From the NCBI GenBank assembly GCA_040220235.1, contig JAVJTO010000096.1: a DNA stretch of 64,000 nucleotides; one strand, given 5' to 3'. Both the position numbers and the translations under genes were made by a program. Below, one piece after another: positions 62,723-64,000 of the stretch (positions are counted from its first letter, which is position 1; each line of letters begins with the position of its first letter). The notes under the pieces are model-generated. The model made no database searches and was not told the DNA's origin. It was given only the letters and a program-made list of their open reading frames with translations. The DNA comes from Coleofasciculus sp. B1-GNL1-01. Its GTDB lineage: Bacteria; Cyanobacteriota; Cyanobacteriia; Cyanobacteriales; Coleofasciculaceae.

Positions 62723-64000
62723 ATGAAAATAAAATACTTTTTAGCCACTCAACTCTTTATCGGACTCTTGCTATCAGGGTGTAATCCAGGGGGAGAACTT
62801 GCGAATCCAGAAAATCCAAGCTCATCTAGTTCTTCAACAGTATCTGATAAAAAACAGTTTGATGCCACTAATTTTCCCTTAGAGTCTTGTAGTGATTCTC
62901 TACCAGAAGACCCACAAGCATATCCCATTGAACTTTATACGGTTTTCATTAATGGGAATGAAGAACGCGATTTTAAACTAATTCAAGCAAAATATTGTCA
63001 ACAGGTGTTAGGCTTTTTAAGCCCTGACTTCGGTATGCAATTAGCTACATTTACCAGTAGAGAAAAGGCAGAACAATTTAAAGAAATTATCAGCCAATAT
63101 TTTGAAAACGTACAGATTTCAGAGCCAGAAATTATTAGAGAATTATCAGAAAATCCATCATCCAGAACAGATAATTTGGAAACACCAGAGAAGTTTGAAA
63201 CTACTGAAGAAATTGCCAAAGCCGCTTTGTTAAGTGAAGCGCAAATGCAAGAATTATTAGCAATTGATAGAAGTGAAGTAAGCCTTCTAGTCAGTAGCAA
63301 GCCAGATACACTCAAAGTAGTAGTTCCAACCTATATTCCTCAAGGATTTGAGTTAACTCGGTTTGATGTTCGTCAACAAGGAGATTATGGAAACAGTTAT
63401 GATATTTGGTATAAGAATCCAATGAATAATCAATGTTTTAGCTTTCAAGGATTCCATGTCCTCGTAGAAGGAGGTGGGGCAGGTTTATCAGCAGTTGTAA
63501 ATGCTAATTCTCGGGCATTAGGCTTGACTCCTATTGCATATACAAGTTCAGTAAAAATGGGCGATAGAGTATCTAGTATAGGCTTTTATGGCGAACAACA
63601 TAATAAAGATTTTGGTGATTTTATGTTTAACTCTCCTTCCTATGGTTATGACGAAGAGCCTTGTGAAGCGATGAGTTTTGTGGAAGCCGTAAAAGTTGCT
63701 GAGTCATTTGAATTTTTACAGCCTTTGAATCCTCGTCAAAAAACTGATACCCAGTTAACTAATAACCCATTTCAATCTATGTCATTCCCAAAAGAATCTT
63801 GTGGTGACAGCTTACCAGAAGATCCAGATGCTTACCCGGTTGAGTTTTACCCAGTTTTAATTGATTATAGTGAAAGCAATTTAGAATCGGTACAGTCTCA
63901 GTTTTGCAGAGATTCCCTGAAAATCTATCGGGAATCTTTAGATAAAGAGTATATTCAAGTTTCTTCTTTTATTGGACGTGAACGCGCCAATCAGTTCAAG
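62723..64000 (+). CDS. Lipoprotein with a duplicated Cys-containing domain; runs off the right edge
   Basis: Not in ORF track. MKIKYFLATQLFIGLLLSGC lipobox; FPLESCSDSLPEDPQAYPIELY and FPKESCGDSLPEDPDAYPVEFY repeats. Confidence 0.8.
   Translation, partial: MKIKYFLATQLFIGLLLSGCNPGGELANPENPSSSSSSTVSDKKQFDATNFPLESCSDSLPEDPQAYPIELYTVFINGNEERDFKLIQAKYCQQVLGFLSPDFGMQLATFTSREKAEQFKEIISQYFENVQISEPEIIRELSENPSSRTDNLETPEKFETTEEIAKAALLSEAQMQELLAIDRSEVSLLVSSKPDTLKVVVPTYIPQGFELTRFDVRQQGDYGNSYDIWYKNPMNNQCFSFQGFHVLVEGGGAGLSAVVNANSRALGLTPIAYTSSVKMGDRVSSIGFYGEQHNKDFGDFMFNSPSYGYDEEPCEAMSFVEAVKVAESFEFLQPLNPRQKTDTQLTNNPFQSMSFPKESCGDSLPEDPDAYPVEFYPVLIDYSESNLESVQSQFCRDSLKIYRESLDKEYIQVSSFIGRERANQFK

Noticed and set aside
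62608..63722. 83-bp repeat pair as a DGR template/variable repeat
   Set aside because: Differences are not adenine-specific (C/T, T/A and T/G included) and no reverse transcriptase is present

Overview
Cyanobacterial chromosomal segment. The evidence is abundant HIP1 GCGATCGC octamers, a cyAbrB gene, a PEP-CTERM protein and GTAG-anchored palindromes; the repeat repertoire suggests a filamentous Coleofasciculus/Microcoleus-like organism (inference). In order it contains: (1) an accessory block (1-8.2 kb) with a pair of AAA_35 NTPase genes, a duplicated promoter/5' end, a string of toxin-antitoxin modules whose toxin halves are broken, and an FHA-FHA-ABC transporter; (2) glgP; (3) a cell-surface cluster (12-22.7 kb) with a PEP-CTERM trypsin-like protease, a TpsA-like haemagglutinin, a 14-aa-repeat secreted protein, and a pilin-like plus usher-like gene pair with no adjacent chaperone; (4) two hybrid histidine kinases; (5) polysaccharide genes (fcl, gmd, priming sugar transferase, GT4, galE, rfbB); (6) three tandem secreted TPR paralogues; (7) a complete TnpB-only IS200/IS605 element with readable ends; (8) housekeeping genes (cobI, cation:H+ antiporter, cyAbrB, Rrf2, cbiB, pyrR, fni, sppA) and a lipoprotein running off the right edge. 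Several MITE, REP-like and small dispersed repeat families occur, some nested in one another or inside genes. I saw no rRNA, tRNA or CRISPR array. All family calls come from motif recognition, not database searches.
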